A DNA stretch of 64,000 nucleotides, taken from NCBI GenBank assembly GCA_963666985.2, contig CAXXIA010000002.1:1600001-1664000 (forward strand). Direction: 5' to 3'. Position numbers and translations under genes: made by a program. Shown in pieces: positions 50,613 to 59,714 of the stretch. The notes under the pieces are model-generated. The model worked only from the letters and a program-made list of their open reading frames with translations, did no database searches and had not been told where the DNA came from. The DNA comes from Spirochaetia bacterium. GTDB taxonomy: Bacteria; Spirochaetota; Spirochaetia; DSM-2461. Within the stretch, counting starts at the first letter, position 1; the number at the start of each line of letters is the position of its first letter.

Positions 50613-51617
50613 GTGTTGGGTAATAAAAGATATGAAATTGTAACTTTTCTACGCGGCTTCTCAATATTAGCAATAATCTTATTTCACTATTTAATGTATG
50701 CCAATCTTAAGCCTCCCTTTAACAAGTTAATATATGGAGGAGGAACCGGCGTTCATGTGTTTATTCTCTTATCCGGCTTTGGACTATACCTTTCAGACAA
50801 AAAAAATCCTTTACCGTTTTTTCATTTTTTGAAGAAGCGTTTAGTCAAAATATATATACCATATATAATTATTGTCTCCCTAACTGCATTGATATCTTTT
50901 TTTATTCCTCTTTATAAAAACTCAATGCATGCCTTCCTTGGTCATATTTTTTTATATAAAATGTTTGATGAAGCCATAATTGGTTCATATGGATATCCAT
51001 TATGGTTTATTTCGATGCTAATACAGTTCTATTTATTGTTTAAAGTTTTTGTTTTTTTTATAAAAAAATTTCCAACAATTCTTTTCTTTACTATTTGTTT
51101 GATATTATCAATATTTTGGTCTTTTATCGTAATTCGAACAGGACATTCCACTGTAAGAGTTTGGAATAGCTTCTTTCTGCAATATTTATGGGAATTTTCC
51201 TTAGGAATGATATTAGCAGATAAGATAACGAACCTTGAAGAAATTGTTATCCGCATCAAAAATAGAAAGCCGCCTTTATTTACTTTGTTTTTTCTGCTAA
51301 TTGGAATATCAGCTTGTATAATTTATGGATATTTAGCAATAAAAACTGGAACAATAGGCAAAACTTTAAATGATATACCTGCCCTATTTGGATTCTCTTT
51401 TATAGCTATATTTATATATTTATTGAATATTAAGCCAATTATTCGTTTCCTTCATTTTACAGGAGAGATATCATTTCAAATATATTTATTGCATATGCTT
51501 ATATTTGACTTATTTACTTTTTTTTACTCACCCTCTATTGTATCAATTATGTTTTCACTTCTCTTAAGTTATATATTAGGATTCTATTTTAAGAAGTTAT
51601 CAGATAGATTTTTTTAA
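50613..51617 (+). CDS. Acyltransferase family 3
   Basis: LRGFSILAIILFH, GVHVFILLSGFGL, KKRLVKIYIPY, LWFISMLIQFYLLF, SFQIYLLH. Confidence 0.88.
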   Translation: MLGNKRYEIVTFLRGFSILAIILFHYLMYANLKPPFNKLIYGGGTGVHVFILLSGFGLYLSDKKNPLPFFHFLKKRLVKIYIPYIIIVSLTALISFFIPLYKNSMHAFLGHIFLYKMFDEAIIGSYGYPLWFISMLIQFYLLFKVFVFFIKKFPTILFFTICLILSIFWSFIVIRTGHSTVRVWNSFFLQYLWEFSLGMILADKITNLEEIVIRIKNRKPPLFTLFFLLIGISACIIYGYLAIKTGTIGKTLNDIPALFGFSFIAIFIYLLNIKPIIRFLHFTGEISFQIYLLHMLIFDLFTFFYSPSIVSIMFSLLLSYILGFYFKKLSDRFF

Positions 51618-51924
51618 TATAATTCTTTTAGCAAATCATAATGGATACCCAAGGAAAGAAATCAAATTCAAGGGAATTGCTGCGAAATATTGATAATTAG
51701 AGCGGAAGGTGAAACGGCTTTGTTTGAATATAATATAGGAGATAAGATTTAATGCCCATTAAAAATACTTTTTTGCATAATATCCTAATCGTTTATTCAT
51801 ACAATGCTTTTTAATGATTTAGTTTCTATTACAAAAAATGTAATATACCTTGAAAAGGATTTTTTTTGTAGTATTTTTTCTAATAATGAAATGATTGTTA
51901 AAGGATGACTATAGTAATTATATT

Positions 51925-53043
51925 ATGAAAATATGTACTATTACTTGCCATAATGTCTATAATTATGGAGCGACGCTTCAAACTGTTGCGTTATATCAAT
52001 ATTTAAAATCTTGTGGCTATGAAGTTGAAATTATTGATTACAGGCCTTCCTGGCTGAATAGAAGATATAACCTCTGGATGAGAGGCGGCAAATGGAAAAG
52101 AAGATCTGTTTTTGTCCAGCTTCTTTACTATTTTCTATTTGTACCCCTCAGACATGTCAAATGGAAAGGAATGCGTCGATTCGATACATATTCTTTAAAA
52201 AATTTTAAAACAACAGCTCGAGAGTATCACGACTTTCGTGAACTTTCACTTGATACACCCATTGCTGATGTTTATATCGTCGGAAGCGATCAGGTATGGA
52301 ATCCGGAAACAAGCGGTTACTTTGATCCGGCTTTTTTCCTTGGTTTTGTTCCTGAAGGAAAAATTAAACTTTCATATGCGGCCAGTTTTGGTGTATCGGA
52401 TATAGTTCCCGAATTACGTCCTATTCTCAAAAGCTATTTATCATCATTCACGGGGATTTCTGTACGAGAATCAATCGGTCTGAAGATACTTGAATCTTCC
52501 GGAATTATGAATGCCACAACGACTGTTGACCCTGTTTTTCTTTTAGATTCGGCTTTATGGAGTTCGATGGCGGCAAAAAGGGTTTCAGACGTACCTTATC
52601 TTCTGGTTTATGATTTTGAAAATAATCCGATGATTGAAAAAATTGTTAAAAATTATGCTGAAACGAATAATTACAAAATTTATTCTGTAAACAACTATAG
52701 TAAAACTCATTTTGCGGATATGGATTTTAATGAGACCGGACCGGATGTTTTTCTTTCCCTTATTATTCACGCGGAAAGTATCTTTACCAACTCTTTTCAT
52801 GCAACAGCTTTTTCGATTATTTTTAGAAAAAATTTTTATGTTTTTAACCGTATTCATTCCGAAATAAATTCCCGAATATTGAATATTTTAGAATTGTGTA
52901 ATCTTTCGGATAGGCTCATAACCGATGATGAATCTATTCCCGCTAAAGTTGAAGATGAACGGTTTCAAGATGCTATTTCGCGTTTATCTCCTTGCATTCA
53001 GGCATCAAAGGATTTCCTTAAAACCAACATTCGCTCTTCTTAG
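51925..53043 (+). CDS. Polysaccharide pyruvyl transferase family protein
   Basis: NYGATLQ, VGSDQVWN, SYAASFG, ISVRE, DPVFLL, TNSFHATAFSIIF. Confidence 0.9.
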   Translation: MKICTITCHNVYNYGATLQTVALYQYLKSCGYEVEIIDYRPSWLNRRYNLWMRGGKWKRRSVFVQLLYYFLFVPLRHVKWKGMRRFDTYSLKNFKTTAREYHDFRELSLDTPIADVYIVGSDQVWNPETSGYFDPAFFLGFVPEGKIKLSYAASFGVSDIVPELRPILKSYLSSFTGISVRESIGLKILESSGIMNATTTVDPVFLLDSALWSSMAAKRVSDVPYLLVYDFENNPMIEKIVKNYAETNNYKIYSVNNYSKTHFADMDFNETGPDVFLSLIIHAESIFTNSFHATAFSIIFRKNFYVFNRIHSEINSRILNILELCNLSDRLITDDESIPAKVEDERFQDAISRLSPCIQASKDFLKTNIRSS

Positions 53044-53088
53044 TATTTTTGTCTCTATTTTGAATTCTGCAATAAAAGAGAATATGTT

Positions 53089-54417
53089 TTGAAAAATAAA
53101 TCGATCGTTAAGGCTACAATTTTTGTAACGATAAGCTATGGGCTTTCCTTGATTTTTAGGTTCGCTAATAACCTTATATTAACTCGACTTCTTGTCCCCG
53201 AGTATTTTGGCCTGATGACCCTGGCCAACATTTTTTTACAAGGATTGGTTCTATTTTCGGATATTGGTTTGGCACCGGCTATAATTCGAAGTTCTAAATC
53301 ACATGATGAACTATATCTCAATACCGCTTGGACTATACAGATCTTTCGCGGAGTAATTCTTGGTTTACTGGCAACCATTATTGCTATTCCCGCTTCTTTG
53401 TTTTATGAAGAATCAATTCTTGGAAAAATATTGCCGGTACTTGGTTCAATATTTATTTTTAATGGTTTTAATTCAATACAGCTTATACTTTGTGACCGTG
53501 ATTTCAAACAGGGATTATTATCCTTAGTCAATTTGATATCACAAATTATTAGTATGGCTGTAATGATCTTATTGGCTTATTTAACAAAATCTATTTGGTC
53601 TTTGGTTATCGGCAATATTGTTGCGGCCGTATGTACTCTGATTTCAAGTTTCCTTATTCCAACTTCACATAAATTGCGTATTAAATTTGATAAGTCTTCC
53701 GCAAAAGAAATTGTATCTTTTGGAAAATGGGTGTTTATCTCTACCGCTTCGATGTTTATGGCGTCTCAGTTTGATAAATTTTTTATAGGGAAAAAATTTC
53801 CCATGGCAATTTTAGGTGTGTATGGAATTGCTTCAATGTTTGCGGATCTTCCAAAGCAATTTTTTACAGTATTAAAATCTAAAATATTATTTCCGGTAAC
53901 AAATACATTTCGCGATAAATCTAATATTGAAATCCGAAATCTCCTGAGAAAACCCAGAAGCCAAATTCTGATAATTCTTGCAACAATGGTTGCCGTTATT
54001 GCTGGTTTTGGTGATTTCATTATTATAAAACTTTATGATTTTCGATACCATGAAGCCGCTTGGATGCTTCCCCTTCTCGTTGTCGGAACTTGGCCCTATA
54101 TTGTCCATTCAACAAATAGCAGTTCTTTGTACGTAATAGGCAAACCACAATTTGCAGCATATGGCAACATTGCAAAACTCGCTTATATGATCCTAATAAT
54201 TCCAATAGTATTCAGAATGTTTGGAATTTTTGGAACTGTTGTTGCTGTAGCACTCAATGATATACCTTTCTATATTATTATAAATATTGGTTTGTATAGA
54301 GAGAATATGTCTGAAATTACTCGAGATTTACTATTAACTTTATATTTAATCTGTTTGACGGCTGTGCTTATAGCAATACGTTACGCTCTTGGATTTGGTA
54401 TTCCTGGAATTGGTTGA
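53089..54417 (+). CDS. wzx: Oligosaccharide flippase
   Basis: NLILTRLLVPEYFG, FSDIG, NTAWTIQIFRG; polytopic membrane protein. Confidence 0.88.
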   Translation: MKNKSIVKATIFVTISYGLSLIFRFANNLILTRLLVPEYFGLMTLANIFLQGLVLFSDIGLAPAIIRSSKSHDELYLNTAWTIQIFRGVILGLLATIIAIPASLFYEESILGKILPVLGSIFIFNGFNSIQLILCDRDFKQGLLSLVNLISQIISMAVMILLAYLTKSIWSLVIGNIVAAVCTLISSFLIPTSHKLRIKFDKSSAKEIVSFGKWVFISTASMFMASQFDKFFIGKKFPMAILGVYGIASMFADLPKQFFTVLKSKILFPVTNTFRDKSNIEIRNLLRKPRSQILIILATMVAVIAGFGDFIIIKLYDFRYHEAAWMLPLLVVGTWPYIVHSTNSSSLYVIGKPQFAAYGNIAKLAYMILIIPIVFRMFGIFGTVVAVALNDIPFYIIINIGLYRENMSEITRDLLLTLYLICLTAVLIAIRYALGFGIPGIG

Positions 54418-54523
54418 TATCACCTTTATTATCTTTTAAACGTATTGCCGGTAGAAACAAACAACTGATCTGCGTGTGGATTGATTAAGAATTTAGCTAT
54501 TGCCCATAAATTCCAATCATTTT

Positions 54524-55924
54524 TTATACCGGATTACTCTCTCTAGAATCTACAGCTTTTTCGCTTAAAGCACTTTTGTTCTCGGTTAATCCCTTTTGTG
54601 GTCTGTTTTTTATGGCAAATCCTAATAGCGATCCGACAAGAAGGTAAAGAATCTGGTTGTGTGTAGCATTGAGAAGTTTATCTGAAGTAAATAACAAAGC
54701 AATAGAGATAAGAGGAATAAGTGTACTCTTAAGAAAGCCTGATTCGTAGGTTCTCTTGATGAGTGTGCGGTTTTTCAAAATTAAAAATGGCCCTAATAAA
54801 AGAGAAAGAAAAAACGCGGTTAACCCAACATAGCCATACGTATTGGAAATAATGACAAAGAGAGAGTCTACCATTGGAAGAGCAAGATCGCCTGTCTGCT
54901 GATTTATCGGCCAGCCCCGATTATATCCACCCCAACCGAATAAGGGTCTTAGCTTTGTTCGCTCTCCGAAAAGATCTTCTTGTAACAAACGCCAGGTTAA
55001 AGAGCTGATTCTATCACCGTCGTACACATGACTTAAAAGTTCGAGGATATCATTAATAGTAATGAGATTTAACGTTCGGACAATTATATATGTAACGATT
55101 ATGAGAATATACAGCTTGAAAAATACAAGTGTTTGAAAATGTTTCCATATAAAGAACATAAGAAGTATTAGGAACAGATACGTCCAAACCCCAACCGATT
55201 TACAAAGGATGGTTATGGCCAGTAATACCAGAACCACAAACCATGAAGGCATTTTTGCAATTTTATCATTATCAGAATCCCCACTCCTCCATAACGCACA
55301 AACAAATGCGGACATCATCCAAAAAGCTACTATTATTCCATGTTCCAAGAAGATAACCGGACGGTATCCTCCATAACGAATTTGCTGCGCAAATGAAAAA
55401 GGAGCGAATCCATAAATCATTCTATGAAGGCTTGGACTCATCCGTAACTCAAAAAGAGCCAGGGGAACATAAATCAAACCTCCGATAATAATTGCTTTAC
55501 TTAAAGCATCAAGACTATCGTCGCTTGTCAGGTATCGCCTACCGGTCCAATAGACAACACCCCAACGGAAGATATTACTGAGAACCCCTGATATCCCGTC
55601 GTATAATCCAAGCCGATTCGACAGAGACGTAAGAATCGGCGAAAAAACGCATAAAACCAACATCGGAAAATCCCATTTGGTAAAACCGGGGATTCTGACC
55701 GAGAATTTTTCTTTGGAAAACTGAATACCAATCAATATTCCCAAAGAGACCGCCATATCTTTGTTATAAGCGGGAATTACCGGTATATCATAAGAAGCGG
55801 CGGGTAGAAAAAGGACTCCGCCGATAATGGATAGGAGTATAGCTTTGTTCAAGGGATATCGAGAAAAAAAGACGCTACAAACCAGTGGCCAACCGAACAA
55901 AACGATAGGTACAAGTGGTGTCAT
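54524..55924 (-). CDS. Wzy / O-antigen-ligase-like polysaccharide polymerase
   Basis: Polytopic; FELRMSPSLH, RYGGYRPVIFLEHG, RPLFGWGG. Confidence 0.75.
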   Translation of the reverse strand: MTPLVPIVLFGWPLVCSVFFSRYPLNKAILLSIIGGVLFLPAASYDIPVIPAYNKDMAVSLGILIGIQFSKEKFSVRIPGFTKWDFPMLVLCVFSPILTSLSNRLGLYDGISGVLSNIFRWGVVYWTGRRYLTSDDSLDALSKAIIIGGLIYVPLALFELRMSPSLHRMIYGFAPFSFAQQIRYGGYRPVIFLEHGIIVAFWMMSAFVCALWRSGDSDNDKIAKMPSWFVVLVLLAITILCKSVGVWTYLFLILLMFFIWKHFQTLVFFKLYILIIVTYIIVRTLNLITINDILELLSHVYDGDRISSLTWRLLQEDLFGERTKLRPLFGWGGYNRGWPINQQTGDLALPMVDSLFVIISNTYGYVGLTAFFLSLLLGPFLILKNRTLIKRTYESGFLKSTLIPLISIALLFTSDKLLNATHNQILYLLVGSLLGFAIKNRPQKGLTENKSALSEKAVDSRESNPV

Positions 55925-55983
55925 CTGGCTCTAATCATAGCAGGAAGTTCCTCATAGCGTCGATGACACCCTTTATATTATCC

Positions 55984-57609
55984 CTATCGAGAAGTATTGA
56001 TATCTATAAGTGCTTGGTACTTCGGGGCATCATAGAATATCGCGTTCTCAACCTGATCAAGATTTTCCAAATGTCCCCAGGAGCCCCAGATAGAACAGCG
56101 CTCACTCATTAATCGATAGGCCATAAACAGCTGACAATCGACTTCAGGTTCTATATGCACTGAAAAGTTATACATATAGAGATCATACATTTGCGGGCTA
56201 ACTTGGAAATCGTAAAGATTATCGGTGTAACTCCACGATTCACTGTGATCCCGCAGAACCATATGCTGGCCGCCTTCATATATAATATATGGAACTCCAT
56301 ATTTATTGGCGACCGCCGCGGACAAACGCGTCCATCCGGCAACTTCTTCCATACGGGATTTCATATCCTGGTACATTTGTTCATAGGTAAGAGATGAGCC
56401 TGCGGTTAGCCAGCTGTTGTGCTGTTCGTCCCCATAGGGGAAATATCCCGCGACGCTCAACATATCACAGCCGCCGCCGTCGACATCGAAAAGATACTTC
56501 ATCATCCTTTCGGTGTTTCCCGCCCACGCCTGTTGACCGGTTGCGACACGGATAACCCTGCTTCCTTGTGCGCCGAAAACATCCTTCCAAATCTCAAAAG
56601 TCCTTGCCATCATATAACCGTGCTTCTCAGGAAGACCTGCGAGGCTCGACAGAGCGGATGTAATATAGGAATCCGCGGATCCGGGGGCATTCTGGTAGAC
56701 CCATGTCGTTTGCTCAAATCCCCAATTCCAGACTTCGTTGGAATATTCGAGATAGATATTAAGTCCCGAATCAAGATTGTCACGCCAGAGTTCGGCCATC
56801 TGGGTGATATAGTCGTCGGAGGCCATATGCGGAACGCAAATCCAGGCATCGGCTTGAAGCTCGTTACACAACTCAATCGCACACTCGTAAGAGGCACCGA
56901 ACTGAGTGCTCTGGGAAATCCAATCCTCTGGGGTTCTATCGGACCATTCAACTTCTTCCGAATTATTGGTTGCACAGAAATCCATAAAACGCAAAGCATG
57001 GAAGGGTTCCAGCGCATCGAGATAGGCTTGCTGAAAGGTTGGAACGGTATCACTCTCTTCATATTGTTCCGGAACGATTCGAAGATTCCTTACATGATCA
57101 CTCTCTTGGCTTGAAAGAATATAAATAACCGTATTTGAACCCGAACCGTCCAAATCGATATAATATCCCTTGGTATCCTGCCGCAATTTCGTTCCTTCGA
57201 ACTCTCCAACACCGTCGTAAAAGAGCCTGTAGCGACCACTATAGTAATTATTAATTACAATACGAAGATCCTCCCATCCCGATTGTGGAAAATAGGTAGG
57301 ATAACCTTGCTCATCAATTTCCAGAACCTCGTAATATTCGCTCGATTTGTCACCGACATAGATTGAGGCCGATTTCATTAAATCGGTAAAAATCAGATTG
57401 GGGGACCAGTAGGATTCTGTGTCGATATTCATACCGATTGGAATCTGATTGTAAATCGGATCCGGATGCTCAAAATCCCCTGTTGTTTCGGAGTCTTCGT
57501 CTCCGGAAGAAATATGGATACCCCAGGGTGGTGATATCGTTTGAGCCGAGAGAGCCGTCTGTGCAAGAATTGTTAGGATTGTAAGGAAATAACACTTATT
57601 GAATCTCAT
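55984..57609 (-). CDS. Secreted carbohydrate-active protein, putative clan GH-A-like glycoside hydrolase
   Basis: AAGGAG RBS and signal peptide from ATG 57609; LRFMDF, WICVPH, EYSNEVWN, IYEGGQH. Confidence 0.55.
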   Translation of the reverse strand: MRFNKCYFLTILTILAQTALSAQTISPPWGIHISSGDEDSETTGDFEHPDPIYNQIPIGMNIDTESYWSPNLIFTDLMKSASIYVGDKSSEYYEVLEIDEQGYPTYFPQSGWEDLRIVINNYYSGRYRLFYDGVGEFEGTKLRQDTKGYYIDLDGSGSNTVIYILSSQESDHVRNLRIVPEQYEESDTVPTFQQAYLDALEPFHALRFMDFCATNNSEEVEWSDRTPEDWISQSTQFGASYECAIELCNELQADAWICVPHMASDDYITQMAELWRDNLDSGLNIYLEYSNEVWNWGFEQTTWVYQNAPGSADSYITSALSSLAGLPEKHGYMMARTFEIWKDVFGAQGSRVIRVATGQQAWAGNTERMMKYLFDVDGGGCDMLSVAGYFPYGDEQHNSWLTAGSSLTYEQMYQDMKSRMEEVAGWTRLSAAVANKYGVPYIIYEGGQHMVLRDHSESWSYTDNLYDFQVSPQMYDLYMYNFSVHIEPEVDCQLFMAYRLMSERCSIWGSWGHLENLDQVENAIFYDAPKYQALIDINTSR

Positions 57610-57652
57610 GCTCTTTACTCCTTGCATGTAAAGTAATCTATCCCTTAGGTAG

Positions 57653-57668
57653 TGCAAAAACCGCGCCA
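57653..57668 (-). promoter_or_regulatory. Sigma54 (-24/-12) promoter
   Basis: Minus strand TGGCGC-GGTTT-TTGCA, 43 nt upstream of ATG 57609. Confidence 0.8.
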
Positions 57669-57739
57669 CTTTTTCTAATATCATTTCATTCGAAAACCGC
57701 TTTGATCGGTTCCAGAGAAGGAACCAAATCATTCTTCAT

Positions 57740-57755
57740 ATTACGATTCCGTAAT
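57740..57755. promoter_or_regulatory. Candidate enhancer (UAS) for sigma54 activator
   Basis: Palindrome ATTACG-ATTC-CGTAAT starting 72 bp beyond the -24 element. Confidence 0.55.
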
Positions 57756-57968
57756 GTGGTTACAGACCTCTCGAATTTCATTTCCTGACTTGAAAATCAC
57801 TCAAATAAATAGTTTTCGGCACTATTATTACAAACATGAAAATTCAACGCTTCACGGTGCATCTCCCAAAAAAGATTCCGATTATCAAGATTGAGCAAAA
57901 GCAAGCATTGAAAAGAAAAATCACCTAACGGTCGTTGAAACCGAAGAAGGGAAGTATAATAGGAAATC

Positions 57969-58634
57969 ATGAAACGAAATACTGTCCTCATTTTTTTTCT
58001 TTTTCTCCTTTCTTCGGGAGTGTTCGCTCAAAGCACATACCTTCCGCTTGGTCTTAACGGAACCTCTTTCGAAATTTCATCGCAGTTTAACGAAACCGGA
58101 ATTCAAAACGTTATGTTTGATACCGGATATTCAATCGGCGGCCGAATGGACCTCAGTCTTCTCGGCGGTGTTCAATTTGAAACCATTGACGGTAATGAAG
58201 AGGTAATTCCGTCGTTTACGTTCAAATACGACATAATCATGATTAAGCAGCAAAAATCGGTTCCCTTCTCGGTAAAAGCCGGTTTGGGGATAGGATTTTC
58301 AAGTTCCCTGAAAGACAACCGATCGATTTTCGGCACCGATTATGGTTATAATATGCAACTGACGCGCTCCTTTTCCATTCATCGCCTCTATTTAGGATTA
58401 AACGGCCTTTTCGAATACAATCGCATCCTTTACGAAATCCGCAGCCCGGCCTCGGCGGAAGATCCAACCTCAACCTTGCGTTTACATACCTTTTGCTATG
58501 GATTCGCCCTTGATCTCGGCTATAAGTATTCCAATGAAAACATGATTTTACTCCGGGGTGATTTCCTGTTTAATCAAGACGCTCAGTTTAATATCCGACT
58601 CAAAGTCATACTGCTGGTTCCTTCGGCAAAGTAG
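57969..58634 (+). CDS. Exported protein, possible outer-membrane beta-barrel
   Basis: Signal peptide ending VFA-Q, amphipathic beta-strand pattern. Confidence 0.55.
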   Translation: MKRNTVLIFFLFLLSSGVFAQSTYLPLGLNGTSFEISSQFNETGIQNVMFDTGYSIGGRMDLSLLGGVQFETIDGNEEVIPSFTFKYDIIMIKQQKSVPFSVKAGLGIGFSSSLKDNRSIFGTDYGYNMQLTRSFSIHRLYLGLNGLFEYNRILYEIRSPASAEDPTSTLRLHTFCYGFALDLGYKYSNENMILLRGDFLFNQDAQFNIRLKVILLVPSAK

Positions 58635-58646
58635 TACCGAAAAATA

Positions 58647-59585
58647 TTATATTTGCCACTCCAAGTACCATCCGGAAGTAGGATCTGCCGTAGTATCCAG
58701 ACATGAATGGATTTCACTGACCTCTCCCGAATCACCTATTGATTTCAAACCGAAGTCCCAGCTGCCGGCGCCAAGATCTGTTGCGGAAGAATAAATCGTA
58801 TATTCAAGAGTATCATTCGACCGAATTTCCCCCAAGAAATCCCAATCAAAGGATCCATGCTCACGATAATAAAGTTCGTACAACACGATATCTTCATCAT
58901 CTACCGGGGCGCTCCAAGAAAGAGTAAAGTGATCGTCGGTAATCTCAACTACTTCATATGGCGAATAAATCGTATAAATTAAAGGATAAAAACCCGAGGC
59001 ATTTCCCGTTGTATCAACGGCATAAGCCTCCAGAGTATATTCACCGAGACTCAACGTCCCGTATACATCCAAGGTGGAGCCGGTTCCCACGAGATCTCCA
59101 TCTTCATACCAGAAATAGGAATAACTTCCACTGCCTCCCGCGGCAATGCTTTCGGCCAGATACTGCTTCCCGACGCCAACATAGGCCGGAAGATCATCAA
59201 TGGAAACCTGAAGCGTATCGGTTTCCATAAGAAAAACCGATACGCTTTGACTAACGGTTTTTCGGCTCTCCGCTTGAATTGTTTCAGATGCAAATCCAAG
59301 GAGAACGGAGTCCTCGTCACGAACCAGAACCGAGAATTCCCATTCCCCGTCAAGCAGACCTCGAAAAACAATGTTTCCCCATTCCTGGTCTTCGGCCGTA
59401 AGAATCGTACCATCCGGACCCTGGGCAAAAACATCGGCCGAATAAACATTCAAAGAGGCATCCCCGGCGGAAAGATCCAATTCAACAACACCGCCGAAGG
59501 CTCTCATTAAGTCGGTAAAACCACATGAGGAAAGCATAACGGTGAATAGAATCCAACATAGAAATAAATATATATTACTTCTCAT
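58647..59585 (-). CDS. Acidic lipoprotein with Ig-like and fibronectin-III-like domains
   Basis: GGGAGGG RBS, lipobox LSSC, YSYFWYEDG, FTLSWSAP...YELYYR. Confidence 0.65.
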   Translation of the reverse strand: MRSNIYLFLCWILFTVMLSSCGFTDLMRAFGGVVELDLSAGDASLNVYSADVFAQGPDGTILTAEDQEWGNIVFRGLLDGEWEFSVLVRDEDSVLLGFASETIQAESRKTVSQSVSVFLMETDTLQVSIDDLPAYVGVGKQYLAESIAAGGSGSYSYFWYEDGDLVGTGSTLDVYGTLSLGEYTLEAYAVDTTGNASGFYPLIYTIYSPYEVVEITDDHFTLSWSAPVDDEDIVLYELYYREHGSFDWDFLGEIRSNDTLEYTIYSSATDLGAGSWDFGLKSIGDSGEVSEIHSCLDTTADPTSGWYLEWQI

Positions 59586-59611
59586 TGTATCCCTCCCGGA
59601 TACAACCAATA

Positions 59612-59627
59612 AGCAAAATCTGTACCA
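59612..59627 (-). promoter_or_regulatory. Sigma54 (-24/-12) promoter
   Basis: Minus strand TGGTAC-AGATT-TTGCT, 26 nt upstream of ATG 59585. Confidence 0.75.
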
Positions 59628-59698
59628 GTCCGCATTTGCTTTAAAACCGGCTTTAAGGCTTCCGGAATTACATTATTGAAACGGAATCATACATGGTG

Positions 59699-59714
59699 AT
59701 TACAAATCTGTATT
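59699..59714. promoter_or_regulatory. Candidate enhancer (UAS) for sigma54 activator
   Basis: ATTACA-AATC-TGTATT, 12/16 identical to the site at 57740 and also starting 72 bp beyond the -24 element; overlaps the activator stop codon. Confidence 0.5.
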
